DNA of 64,000 nucleotides from Octopus sinensis. Its lineage: Eukaryota. The stretch is from assembly GCF_006345805.1 (NCBI RefSeq), contig NC_043009.1, forward strand, positions 57,970,001-58,034,000, in the 5' to 3' direction. Of this stretch, positions 12,340 to 24,600 are shown piece by piece; position 1 is the stretch's first letter; every line of letters starts with the position of its first letter. The notes beneath the pieces are model-generated. The model worked only from the letters and a program-made list of their open reading frames with translations, was not told the DNA's origin and ran no database searches. Made by a program: the position numbers and the translations under genes.

Positions 12340-14860
12340 GTTAATTTCTAAATACAACGCACCAATCCTTAGAACACTAATTGACTAGCAATATAACGGA
12401 CCAGAATAACACGCAAAAATGTTATAAATCAATGGAATTTGAAAAAGATGTAAGATTTCTAAAGACGAAAATTATGAATATGGCAATAACATAATGGTGG
12501 AAATAATTAAAAACTTAAAAATCGACAGATTTTCCTTCGGGCTAAGAAAATCGCGCCTATGAAACTTAAACGATAAAATACAATATTCAATAAAAGAAAT
12601 AAAAAAAAAACGTCTGACCATCTTAGACTTGAAGGAGAGTTATAAATTATCAATATATGAAGGAGAAATCAAATGATAAATGCTGTAACTAGGTTAGATA
12701 CAATGCAACGTTGGTAATGTTTTCGAATTTGTTTCTACAGAAAGATAATAATCTATGAAAGCATCATGAAAACCAAAACCTAAGATGCTGGGAAAACACA
12801 CACACACAAAAAAGAATATTTAATGAAATGATTAACAAGCAGACACAAGTGAAGAATTAGGCGAGGAAGAACCCCCACCCAGTCAAAAAATATTTGTTAA
12901 TTCTTAACTGATACATCAATTTAAAATGTTTCAAATATTCAGTAGAAAAAAATCGAAACTATCACAACCCAAAGGATGTTATCAAGAACTACGGGAAATA
13001 GAAACAAAAATCAATGCACACAAACAGCAAGAATTTAATTTAATCAAGGCGGTAAGCTGGCAGAAATGTTAGCACACCGGGCGAAATACTTAGCGGTTTT
13101 TCGTCAACCGTTACGTTCTGAGTTAAAATTCCGCCGAGGTCGACTTTGCCTTTCATTCTTTCGGAGTCGATAAATTAAGTACCAGTTACGCACTGGGGTT
13201 GATGTAATCGACTTAATCCGTTTGTCGGTCTTTGTTTGTCCCGTCGATGTTTAGCCCCCTTGTGGGCAATAAAGAAATAAGAATTTAATTTGGTCTCAGA
13301 TTACGGTTACAAAAATACCGCAACGGACGAGGATATTGAAATAATGTGCAAAATCCAAGACAAGTGGTAAACCAAACATTCAACTGGAAAGCACAAATAT
13401 AAACGACTAGAGACACTGCAACAGCCAATAAACGGATTACACTGACCCCATGTTAAGTGACACGGGATTTCGCGAAGGAAACTTGACCAAGAACCTTGGA
13501 AAATAACAGCTCATTAACTGCGCTCATACCATACTAAATAGAAAAGAAACAGAAATAAGCGTCAGCCAAATTAGTGACTTAAAACAAGATTTAGTGAATA
13601 AGTCAGAGTTAACACCTCTACTTGATTATGTAGGAAAAGTTTGAGAAAGAATATTGTAGACACATTATACCAATGCTAAATTGAATTAAATATAAAACAA
13701 GGTAATAGTTATAGAAATTCAAGCTTTCCTAGTAATAAATAAAAGTTATAATCTTCTAAACAGTCGTTAAATGAACTAGCTAGACTAGACGAGGAAAAAA
13801 CAAGAAAATGATGCCTGTATTTATATCAAATAATTCAAATATTACACTAAAATATATTTGCTATGAATACATTGGCGCAGTGTTTTATGGAAGTAGTAAA
13901 CTATTATATAATATGGAGGATACGCGTACTTAGAAAATATCTCATAAAGAATAATGGGAAAGTAATACAAATGTCTACAAAGCACAAGCAAAAAATTGTT
14001 TTCTGTTTTCAAGGAAGCATTAAATAGAAGACAAAAGTTGAAGCAACCGGGAGTTAGAATGCTGGTGGTGGTGTTGGTGGTGGAAACAACTGATTTTATG
14101 CGAAACGAAAAACTAATGTAAATATTGAAGCTGTAGAATGGTGTGCAAAAGTAATGGCAAGAAAATCCCCGACAAGACCTGAAAAGACTGCAAGAGATTA
14201 AGAATACACTCCTCAGAACAAGATTAGAAGCATAGGACTCGAAGCTAAGATCAAGGGATTTTTTTTATTATGATACAGAATTGGATTTTCCGCACTACTG
14301 AAATTATGTCAGCGTTAGCAAATATCAACTGAAAAGCGTTGGTATAAAATATATTAGAAGAGATTTTAGAGAATGCCAAAGAGAACATATTCTAGCATTA
14401 AGTCAATAATTCATATAGGCAACATATCGACAGTTTATTGTTTTTAAGGACTAGTAGGAAAAGAAGTAGGCCATCACGGAAGTATCACTCCCACCTTATT
14501 ATAATGTATCCCCACACGAGCTGGAAAAGCTATCTTAGTGAAAAGATCTTTAGGTAGGGATAATTTAAATGTGGCCGATGAATATAGAAAAATCTCTGTA
14601 ATAAGATTGAGAAAGTATTGAGAAATATGTTATCAAGATACAGATGAAAACATAAGCGAAAACCCATGTCTTGCTTATATGCATAGCATACAAAGAGAAA
14701 ACATAGCACTTGTAAGTGTTGCAAATATATTGTGTAGAGTACTTCCAGTGCAAAATAAATCGCAAGAAACAACAAAACATTTGGGTGTCCAACAAAAGTA
14801 CACAGCAGGGATTAAGACAACGCAATATAGTATTTCTAATAAAACGATAAACGTCACCCT
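12340..14860 (+). mobile_element. Possible highly decayed LINE relic, interrupted by the SINE at 13048
   Basis: A-rich, codon-like texture with weak motifs (KIKGFFIMIQN near 14250, compare ETEGFLIAAQD in the Dong ORF); many stops. Confidence 0.25.
13048..13278 (+). mobile_element. Full-length tRNA-derived SINE (central block resembles the Meta/MESC SINE domain) with TSD
   Basis: ggcgg..gctggcagaa head, gttctgagtt.aaattcc B box, ttcattctttcggagtcgataaattaagtaccag central block. 13-bp direct repeat aagaatttaattt at 13029-13041 and 13279-13291. Confidence 0.85.
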
Positions 14861-14959
14861 TTTCAAGTCTAGCCAGGCTCATGGGCCCGGTTTCTGTGGC
14901 GTATGTGTTTCCCCCAGCTGGACGAGACGGCAGTCCATAGCAGCGTTACTCAAAAAACA

Positions 14960-15145
14960 GGAAGAGAGAGAAATTTATGGCGAAAGAGTACAACAGTGCT
15001 CGCACCCCCACCCCCCCTGCCGGAACATCGTGGAGCATTTAGGGGTTTTCGCTCAATAAACACACACAACGCCCAGCCTGGGAATGGAAACCGCGATCCT
15101 CCGACCACGAGCCCGCTGCCCTAACCACTGGACCATTGCGCCTCC
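14960..15145 (-). mobile_element. 3'-truncated SINE with 'tggcccagtggttagggcagcgg' tRNA head
   Basis: Same head and body as the copy at 55576. Confidence 0.8.
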
Positions 15146-15169
15146 ACATTTTCTAGTATAGGCAAACAA

Positions 15170-15350
15170 TTTTATAGGGAGGCGCCGGGGTAATCAACTA
15201 CATAGAACACAGTACACAACTGGTACTTGTTGCATCGACCCCGAAAGGATGAAAAGCGAAGTCGAACGCTGCGGAATTTGAACTCAGATCGAGAAGAGTG
15301 GCGAAATACCGCCAAGTATTTGGCTTGGAGTGCTAACGATTCTGCCATAT
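15170..15350 (-). mobile_element. Decayed SINE, abundant family
   Basis: gaccccgaaaggatgaaa..cggaatttgaactcag on the plus strand. Confidence 0.7.
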
Positions 15351-16805
15351 CATCTTCATGTAAATTAGTAATAAAATGTAATTAGTAATATTCTCAATGC
15401 ATTGTTTCAATGCCATGTCAGACAACAAAATACATCCATAGATTTTTGCCAATTCTGTATGTAATTAGCAGATGTAAATACTTAGTCTTTATAGTATATA
15501 AATATTTAATAACAGGTTTTGGTTAAAATCATTAGTTACATTTTGTACTAAAACATAAATTAATAATTGTTTGTAACTTTGCTACAAATTCGCACATCTT
15601 TGAAGGAAATTGTTTTGCGGATTCCTTTGACGCTGGTTCGTGATTTGTATCAACATATTTTTTTTTTAACCTCAAATCATTGCAAGGCTCAAAGTTCCTG
15701 ATTAGGTTTTGAACTCAAAATACAAAGGGACAATTAATGATATCTTCTCCAAAAAAAAAAATAATAAATAAATAAAAAATAAGAAAAAAGGAAAATATTC
15801 GCGACGACATAAGATAATGAACTACTCCTGTTTTTTTTTTTTTTTTTTTTTACCGTTTCTCTCAAAAATGTCTAATCAATAGAAAGCATGATTACACTTT
15901 GAAGATTTTGTGTCCTGTAATAAAACTTAACCGCCAGTTTAAAAAAATATAAATTACACTGCATTTGTTGTTTGGTGACTGCTGATGTTGATGCTGATGA
16001 TGGTAGTCATGATAGTAGTGATGATCATGTTGATGATGATGAAGATGTCGATGATGATGATGAATATACTGAGGATGATGCTGATAACGTTTGTGGCTTT
16101 TTTGTTTGACGAAAAAGAAAATATCTGCCTGTGTAATAAAGTCGGGCTTGTAATAAAGAAGATGTCGCTGTTTCTGACACATACATGCACACATATTTTC
16201 TCTCTGTCTTTCTCTCCCTTTGACACACTCTCTCTCTCACTCCCTCTCTCTCTCCGCTTCTCACTGACTCTCTATCTGTTTGTCCCTTTCTTTTCCTACT
16301 TCTTGTTTTCTTTCAAACTTACTTTCACTTTCTCTTTCCGTGTCTCATACTTCGTCTCACTTTATTGTGTCTCTTTTATTGTATCACTCTCTCTCTCTCT
16401 TTCTCCTACTTAATTAAATCAGACGAGCTGTTTGAAAAGGTCTTGTTTGCTTAAGAAGACGAATTAAACAAGCAAAGAAAATAATTTAAAAAGACAACAA
16501 AACAGAATATAAAGAACAGAAAAAAGTAATTTCGGTGCTGGAACATGGAAATAGATGGAGCTTCTAGACAGCTTTAGTAATCTGGTTGTCCATCTCGAAG
16601 CATCGACGCATGCGCAAACTCTTCTGTTTTCATCATTAGAGACGCCAGCTTTAACGTAAAGAGAAATGTTCCTATATAAGTGACACTGTTGACAGTTGAA
16701 AGAGTGTTATCATTTGTCACAGTCCATATTGTCTCCGGCTTTTTCGTTTAAACACGCACGCACTCGTGTATATTCAGAAGTCTGCATATATATGCATACA
16801 TACAT

Positions 16806-16871
<66 letters not shown>

Positions 16872-17516
16872 GTATATATATGTATATATATATAAGCATA
16901 TATATATATCTGTGTGTCTACATATATTTATGCATGCCTGTATTTGTATATAGAGGTGTGCCTGTGTGTGTGTGTGTACACAAATTTCGTAATAAGACAC
17001 GTACTTACCTTACAGAGCACCTCATAATTGATATTAGTGAGATATTTTCCTCCAAAAGTACGCGCCCAATGTTTATGTTACTTTGTCTCACTTTATTCTG
17101 TTACTAATTGAGATTAAGACGTTAAGTCTACAGAGAGAAAGACTAAACTTGAATATTCAATTTCTAATACACGATATAAAGGAAATATGCGAGAATCTTA
17201 TCTCGTCCTGAGTTCCGGTGCAAAATAATGTTATGTTTCGTGAGACACAACTCTCATCAGGTGACGTATAAAAAATATATTACTTGGTGTGATCGGCTGT
17301 CAGTAACTGGTGATTACCGAAAATGTGGTACTTTTAACTTGAAAAAGTTTAATATATATATATACACTCGTAAAATATAATTCTAAATGCTCGGTGAGAA
17401 ATTGTGTCACAAGGCATTCGGTAATAACATACATACGTTATTTATAAGGCATTCCATAAACATGTCGTAGCTCTCTCTCTCTCTCTCTCTATCTATCTCT
17501 CTGTCTCTCTCTCCCT

Positions 17517-17725
17517 CTTTTACTTGTTTCAGTCATTTGACTGCGGCCATGCTGGAGCACCGCCTTTAATCGAGCAACTCGATCACGGGACTTATTCTTT
17601 TGTAAGCCCAGTACTTATTCTATCGGTCTCTGTTGCCGAACCGCTGAGTAACAGGGACATAAACACACCAGCATCGGTTGTCAAGCAATGCTAGTGGGAC
17701 AAACATAGACACACAGACACACACA

Positions 17726-17765
<40 letters not shown>

Positions 17766-18282
17766 CGTATTTTTGCCATTTCAATATGGCTAACCCCTAA
17801 GGGTGGATGCTACTGTAGTTTTTAGCCCCAGGAGGACACACTCCTCCAGCTGGCCATAAGACGAGAGGTCAATACCTCGAAACTCGAGTCCGTGTGTATC
17901 ATAAGTTGAAGACGGGAAAGATGACTTCCCTTTGCAAATACTGACAGGACACAGAAAGTGTGTATAAACCTCCTGGGGCTAAAAACTACAGTAGCATCCA
18001 CCCTTAGGGGTTAGCCATATTGAAATGGCAAAAATACGTCACGATGTGTTACCGCTACTGTATATAACTCACTTTGATATTTATCATTGTTATATATATA
18101 TATATACACATATATACGACGGGCTTCTTTCAGTTTCTGTCTACCAAATCCACTCACAAGGCTCTGGTCGGCCCGAGGCTATAGTGGAAGACACTTGCCC
18201 AAGGTGCCACGCAGTGGGACTGAACCCGGAACCATGTGGTTGGTAAACAAGCTACTTACCACACAGCCACTCCTGCGCCTAT
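17517..18282 (-). mobile_element. Long CORE-type SINE split by an insertion in its internal (TA)n
   Basis: 5' half 18100-18282 (tRNA head, ccttgggcaagtgtctt CORE-like block) and 3' half 17517-17735 match the intact copy at 23003-23428. Confidence 0.85.
17762..18090 (+). mobile_element. Non-coding element with perfect 74-bp inverted arms and a truncated hammerhead-like motif (family copy A)
   Basis: Arms 17762-17835 and 17969-18042. GACGA-GAGG(UCAAUA)CCUC-GAAA-C-UCGA-GUC at 17860-17890. Shared ccctttgcaaata motif. Confidence 0.7.
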
Positions 18283-18574
18283 AGCACGTATATTTTTAAC
18301 AAATGTTCATTCTATTTAAGAATTATTGAAGACTGTGATGTTAATTCAGTACAGTGTTAGCATAACCGGAAAGAACCAGAGTCTGGTATCCGACTATCTA
18401 CATAATGCAATGTTGCGGGAAATATATTTCATCAGATAGCGTATAACATCGTAACCTTCCAGAATGTTACAAAAAAATATGTCTCACTCAAAATCGGTTT
18501 CACCAAGAGTTCATATATACATATATGTGCATGTATGCATGTGGTTGAATATGTATACACGCATACTTGAATAT

Positions 18575-19185
18575 CCCCTCACAATTATACACGTTGCCCT
18601 TGTCAGGGTACGATCTGTGACCGTGCCTCTACTGTTCCTCCTCGCAACCGTCCCGACGTTGCCCGTCTCCCGTTTCCTCTCACATATTACAACTCCACCC
18701 TGACCCCCAACACACTATTCTCCAAGCATTCCCATTACTCTGACCCCTCCACCTCGCACATATCCCCAACCCCTTCCTTCCTTGAAACGAGCCCATAACC
18801 TGCGTGACCTCCTGTCCCACAGTTTCATCCCTAACCTGGCTCACATCCCTGCTCCCGCCCATGCTCTCTCACCTGCTGCTACCTCTCCAACACAGTCACC
18901 CATCATCGTCCCTATCACATCATCGACCCCTTTAGCAGTATTTCTAGCTGCATCTTCTGCTCTTTCTCTCTCTCTTTTCTTCCCTCCAAGACATCAAACT
19001 CGGCCATGGCACCCCGATGTCGTGCCATTTCCGTTCTACCGGTCATTCGCTACAACATCTGTCTGTGTTCGGACTGTCTATGCATAGGCGTCATCCGGTC
19101 TCTTTGCCATGAACAAGAATTAATAATCTCTCTTCACTTCTTTGTAACACATGGAATCCACTCACCTCCTCTCTTCATCTGACAC
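18575..19185 (+). mobile_element. Decayed Penelope-like element, linker/GIY-YIG endonuclease region
   Basis: YPLTII...RLPFPLTYYNS...DPSTSHI...SLKRAHNLRDLLSHS...HGIHS follows the PLE C-terminal motif order; frameshifted. Confidence 0.75.
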
Positions 19186-19624
19186 TAACCTCACTTCCTC
19201 TCTTCATTTGATACCAGCCCCACATCACTCCACAAACTCACTAGCACTGACCACTTCCCAGTCCACACACCACACATCATCATGCACATTCCCACACCCA
19301 CACAAGCACATATGTATACAGGCTATGTATACATACGCACGCAACACGCATTAACACACGCAACATACATAGACAGAGATAACTTTGGACCACATATATA
19401 TATACCATATACATGCACAATGCGTGGTCACAGAAGTGCGCAAGCACACACACACGCATGTGCACAGACCACGTGGAAAACTACACATCAAGTGTTATAC
19501 ACCTCACACACACGTTACATACACATTGCAATCACGCATACACTCACACCCGTCACAATCACTCGCTCCTATCCGCACACAGATACGCACTCGTACATCA
19601 TTCTCACTACACCGAGACGCACGC

Positions 19625-19890
19625 CCACCTTCTCGTGTTGAGATCACCAACACTTTATTATCTCCCTTTCCTTCAACCATCTTTTTCTTATTATTATCTC
19701 CCTTTCAACCTCTATTTCTTTTTTCTACGAGTTAGTTTCCTTCTCTCTCTCTGTTTATTTTCTCTTATTCCTTTCTGTTGAAGAGCGTAGGTTAGAAACG
19801 TAAAAAACTGTTTCATATTTCCCGAGCGTCAAACTAATACCCCTGCTTGTTGTTCATACACTCCTCTCGTCTTTCGTTTTCTATAAATTT
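19625..19890 (+). mobile_element. Pyrimidine-rich pseudo-LTR-like segment downstream of the PLE ORF, with a degenerate hammerhead-like motif
   Basis: CUUU-CUGUUGA-A-GAG(CGUAGG)UUA-GAAA-CGUA-AAAA at 19771-19806. Confidence 0.45.
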
Positions 19891-19919
19891 CAACAATATA
19901 TATATATATATATATATGT

Positions 19920-20480
19920 TGTAGCTTGTAGTAGTGATATATTAATGAGTATGCAGAGTTTTAATTTTAACTCTTCAATGATGTAATAATGTATTTTCCT
20001 AATAAAAATATTGGTTAAATTAATTTCAATTTTATTTGTCTTGTTTTGGAGAGATTTATATAAAGCTTTAACTTTCAATATAGTAGTTTCTATGGAAGAC
20101 TGGTCGGATTATTATTTGTATGGCCTTAAAGATTGGTTGTGATTTAGCATATAATTTAGTTGTTACAGTTTACTTTTAATACCGATACAATGTACATTAG
20201 TTTAAATGTTTCTTTGTTGTAGTTTTATTAAAGTTAGTGTGTAATCCTGCCTATATATTGATTCATTGAAATAATGTTGTTATTAAGTTTTTAATTTAAT
20301 ATTATTCTACGGAAGACGGTAGGGATTATAAGTTTTGTATGACTTGATAGATTTGTCGCTGTTTAGTTACGTATTCAGAAATGGTTGTAAGTTACTTATT
20401 GAAATTATTTATCGATAAGGTTGTACATAGGGCAAATGTATTTGAAAGTTGTGGTTTCGTTGGCATGTTTGTTCCCTTAC
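19920..20480 (-). mobile_element. Possible second decayed PLE endonuclease fragment
   Basis: Minus strand gives FKYICPMYNLI, NQYIGRIT (YIG-like) and FIRKI in the expected order; many stops. Confidence 0.35.
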
Positions 20481-20629
20481 AACATTTATTTTAGTGCTGC
20501 GGACACCACCGGGTTGAATGGTACTGCCGAGGTATCGAAACTATAATGATATCCGTGGGGCAGCCGATAATGGCGGTGTGTTGGATAGTTTGTTTGACTG
20601 TGGAATAGTATAATAACACATATTTTGAT

Positions 20630-20660
<31 letters not shown>

Positions 20661-20699
20661 CACAGACACACACACACATATTCATATATTGTTTTATTG

Positions 20700-21096
20700 T
20701 TTTACATGTTTCTGACTGCGGCCAAGATGGAGCACCGCTTTAAAGGGTGTTAGTCGAAAAAATCATAACCAGAACTTACTTTTTGTAAGCTTAGTACTTA
20801 TTATATTGTTCTATTTTGCCGAACCGCTAAGTTACGGGGACATAAACACACCAGCATGGGCTGTCAGAGCGATGGCTGGGGGAGGGGTCAAACACAGATA
20901 CACCAATATATAGTTATATATATGTATATATACAACAGGTTTCTTCCAGTCTCCGTGAACCAAATCCACTCACGAGGATTTGGTCTGCCCGAGGCTATAG
21001 TAGAAGACACGTACCTAAGTTGTCCTGTAGTGGGGCGGAGCCCGAAACCATGTGGTTGGCAACCAAGCTTCTTACAACATTGCCACGCCTTCACCT
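20700..21096 (-). mobile_element. Decayed long CORE-type SINE
   Basis: Colinear with the copy at 23003. Confidence 0.8.
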
Positions 21097-21576
21097 ATAT
21101 ATATATATATATATATATACATATATATAATATTAGGGAATATTATTCCAAACTTAGAGAGAAATATTCAATTTCGTAATACTAAATCAAATTTCACAAA
21201 ATAAAATATATGTATATAAATTAGAAAAAACCCACCTGTTATCAATTAGAAATTTAACCACCTTAAAATATATAATTTACCAATTATACACGATTTATTT
21301 ATTATTTTGTATATTACTTAATCATAGGTATCTGTTTTTATCGTATAATTAATTTTTTTCTATATGGTATAATATAATTATTTCATTGTTGAATTGACAA
21401 AAGGTGTTTTTTCTAATTTATATACACACATATATATATATATACATACGCACATACACACACACACACACGCACACACACATATATTTCTAATTACGGT
21501 GACCAGTGAATAGATTTCACTGTAAATATATATATTTGCAGAGGCTTGGCAGGCATCACCGCTAGCGGGACTCGCT

Positions 21577-21626
21577 AATCTGGACTGATGACAGGCAAGA
21601 CCCAGAAACATGCATGTCTTCAGGTT
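21577..21626 (+). ncRNA. Candidate minimal type-I hammerhead ribozyme (family copy B)
   Basis: AAUCUGGA-CUGAUGA-CAGGCAAGACCCA-GAAA-CAUGCAUG-UC^UUCAGGUU. All core nucleotides present; 8-bp stem I with two G-U pairs; palindromic stem III; weak stem II. Confidence 0.55.
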
Positions 21627-22259
21627 GCTAGTCCTAGCTGGTGGGGGTGCTTGCCTCCCCTTTGCAAATATAAGGACACAGGAAATGTGTCAAAGCCGAC
21701 AGGAAGCGTCGATGCTTCCTAGGGCTATATAGCGGTAGTGTAATTCCCTTTACGGGACCGTCACGTTATGTTGACATTATACAACCACTATATCGCTCCA
21801 CCACCGCTCATGTCTCTATGAGACATTAAGAAATTCAATATTCCTAATATATATATATGTATGTATATATCTGCATATATATATATATGTATATATAAAT
21901 ATATACCTATATATATGTATATATATTATATATATATATATATTATATATATATATAAATATGAATATAAATATGAATATATATATATATATATATATGT
22001 ATATTTATATATATGTATATGTATGTATGTATATATATATATATATACATATATAGGGATGGCCACTAGTTACTTTACCCATTTCTTTATTATTTTTTAA
22101 ATGGGTAAAGCGACATATGGCGTCCCTGTAGAAACACACACGCACACACATCTACAAATTTATGTATACCTCTAACATACATAATACCAATATATTTTAT
22201 ATATACATATGTTTGCATGTGTGTGCGAGTGCATTTAAGCATATTTTTCCCAAAGCCTC

Positions 22260-23960
22260 ACCATTTTTGCAGATTCTCTTCTTTGTTTCGGTTGTTGTTC
22301 TTCTTCTTATTAATGATGAAGAAGTCATATGGAAGCGTCAACAACATTTCTATTCTATTGTAGTCAAGCTTTAATCTACCATTGTTACCGTAATTTTATT
22401 GTCTTTTTGTTGCTTTGACTCCTTATCGCATAGTACACACATTCTCGTTTATCACGTTAATTTGTTTGCTGGAATTATACTTTCTCTTTTATTACCTGTC
22501 GTAATATACTGGATACATTTTAATTCAACATCAGCACCAATTATGCACGCTCTTTATTTCTTATTCTTCTCTTCATCACTTCTTTCCTAATCCACTACCA
22601 TTATATTCTTGAACTCTTGCGAACTTTCTTTACTATAGCTTCAAGTTATCTAACCTCCTCCGTGTTATACAGTGTGACCGTAAAGGTTTCTTCATCTTTT
22701 CTATAGTTGCCTCTGTCTCTATGAAATCCTCTTAACAAAAACGTTGTACTCCTCTTTATTAAAACTCTCCCCAGTCGATGTTTTCGCCATCATTGCCAAT
22801 GCGACCTCTCCTTTACTTCTATCGTCTCCTCACACATAAAAGAACAATAAACTCAGCTCAAACCTCTCAGTTTTCCATCAAACATACACATCCATCTCAT
22901 ATCTCAGGCAACTATTAACGCATCCATCACTTGTGAGTCGCTTTACAGTCATCCTCAACGCCGATCTGATCTCATCACCAAAGTAAGCAAAAATAAGCCG
23001 CTATAGGCGTAGGAGTGGCTGTGTGGTAAGTAGCTTGCTTACCAACCACATGGTTCCGGGTTTAGTCCCACTGCGTGGCACCTTGGACAAGTGTCTTCTG
23101 CTATAGCCTCGAGCCGACCAAAGCCTTGTGAGTGGATTTGGTAGACGGAAACTGAAAGAAGCCCGTCGTATATATGTATATATATATATATATGTATATA
23201 ATGTGTGTGTGTGTATGTGTGTATGTATGTGTGTGTATAGGTTTTTGTGTCTGTGTTTGTCCCCCCAACGCCACTTGACAACCGATACTGGTTTGTTTAC
23301 ATCCCCGTAACTTAGCGATTCGGCAAAAGAGACAGATAGAATAAGTCCTGGGGTCGATATGCTCGACTAAAGGCGGTGCTCCAGCATGGCCACAGTCAAA
23401 TGACTGAAACGGGTAAAAGAATAAAGAGAGAGAAACAGAGTGTTTCTGTTGATCGCATTTGTCTACAGGGCTGAAACGCTGTCACAACTTTGCAACGTAG
23501 ATTCCTTTCTATCACTTTTTACGTCCTAACTTCATTTCATCTTGTCCATCGATCGCCAAATCCTTTTTCGTCCGTCAAATTCTTTTCCGTAACTTCAACG
23601 TTTAGATTCGCACATCTAACAACTAATATATTTCCAGGTAACTCGACATCAGCCTCATGCAATTGCTGCTGTTCCTCCTGATATCAAGGACATCAATAAT
23701 CTCTCAGCTTCTTCCATACTTTTCCTTTTCTATTTCAGGCATCCCGTCTATACTTCACTATAAATATAATTTCTCTCTTTACATTAACCCTTTTCTACAG
23801 TGTCTCAACTCAAAACAGGGGTTTCATTTTGCAGCATTTACACAAGCGTCGTACCTTTACTCACAACGGCCTATCTGAGCTGCTTTCCAACCGCCACGTT
23901 TGCTCTTCCTTCTTTCGGTAAGAATAAAGCCAAACTCGGCACATAAATAGGCTAAAAAAA
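22260..23960 (-). mobile_element. Possible decayed RTE-type LINE (APE region), interrupted by the SINE at 23003
   Basis: GNILVVRCANLNVEV...GFGDRWTR*NE resembles the APE GDLN..VG..G.G..NENG segment; otherwise heavily decayed. Confidence 0.3.
23003..23428 (+). mobile_element. Full-length long CORE-type SINE with internal (TA)/(TG) tract
   Basis: tggctgtgtggt A box, gggtttagtccc B-box-like, ccttggacaagtgtctt CORE-like block, 3' tail ggcggtgctccagcatggcc; several copies in the window. Confidence 0.9.
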
Positions 23961-24114
23961 TGCATAACTTTTTTGGTTCTTTTGCAAGTCCAACGAGTCT
24001 GCTAGATCCCTACCTTCATATTAATACAAATATAGAACAAAAATGTAACAAAACCGTATAAGTATTTCTATATTTAAATCTCAGAATGAGATTGAAACAG
24101 TAATCGCTCGATAA

Positions 24115-24370
24115 TGTAAAGTATAGAAGCCATCTTTCATCTCGACCTGGTGGTTACCGCCCGTTGATGAAGGACAACAATCCCGAAACTAGTTCGAGCG
24201 TATCGCTCAGGCTTGCGAGGAAGGGATGGCCTCCCTTTGCAAATACTCCAAGGACACTGATATTGTGTCTAAAGCCAGCTAGAGACGAAAATCTCTTGGG
24301 GCTATAAAGCTACAGTAATACCCCCTCCCCAATGTGGTTAACCATGATAAGATGGCTTCTATACTTTACA
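24115..24370 (+). mobile_element. Non-coding element with 22-bp perfect terminal inverted repeats and a degenerate hammerhead-like motif (family copy C)
   Basis: IR at 24115-24136 and 24349-24370. CGCCCG-UUGAUGA-AGGA(CAACAA)UCCC-GAAA-CUAG-UU^CGAGCG at 24158-24200. Shared cctccctttgcaaata motif. Confidence 0.65.
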
Positions 24371-24409
24371 ATATTATATAATATAGAAATATATTATATA
24401 GAAATATTA

Positions 24410-24600
24410 TATAATATTATACTGGGAGAAGTGGGTTGTCGATTGTATCGGCCATTCTGTTCGACTGGTGCTTATTTTATCGAACCCTGAAAAGATGAAA
24501 GATAAATTAGACCCCGGTGGAATTTGAAATAAGAACTTAATGAGTTGGAAGAAGTAACTACCGCTAGGCATGTTGGCCGACGTTTGCAATGTTCTGCTTG
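24410..24600 (-). mobile_element. Decayed SINE, abundant family
   Basis: tttatcgaaccctgaaaagatgaaag on the plus strand. Confidence 0.65.

Noticed and set aside
16600-16720. TATA-like cctatataag plus Inr-like tcattt
   Set aside because: Spacing is ~39 nt rather than ~30 and there is no downstream gene evidence.
17227-17266. Minus-strand CUGAUGA-GAG..CUC-AC-GAAAC hammerhead-like text
   Set aside because: No stem I partner after the putative cleavage site and stem II is misregistered; at best a decayed relic.
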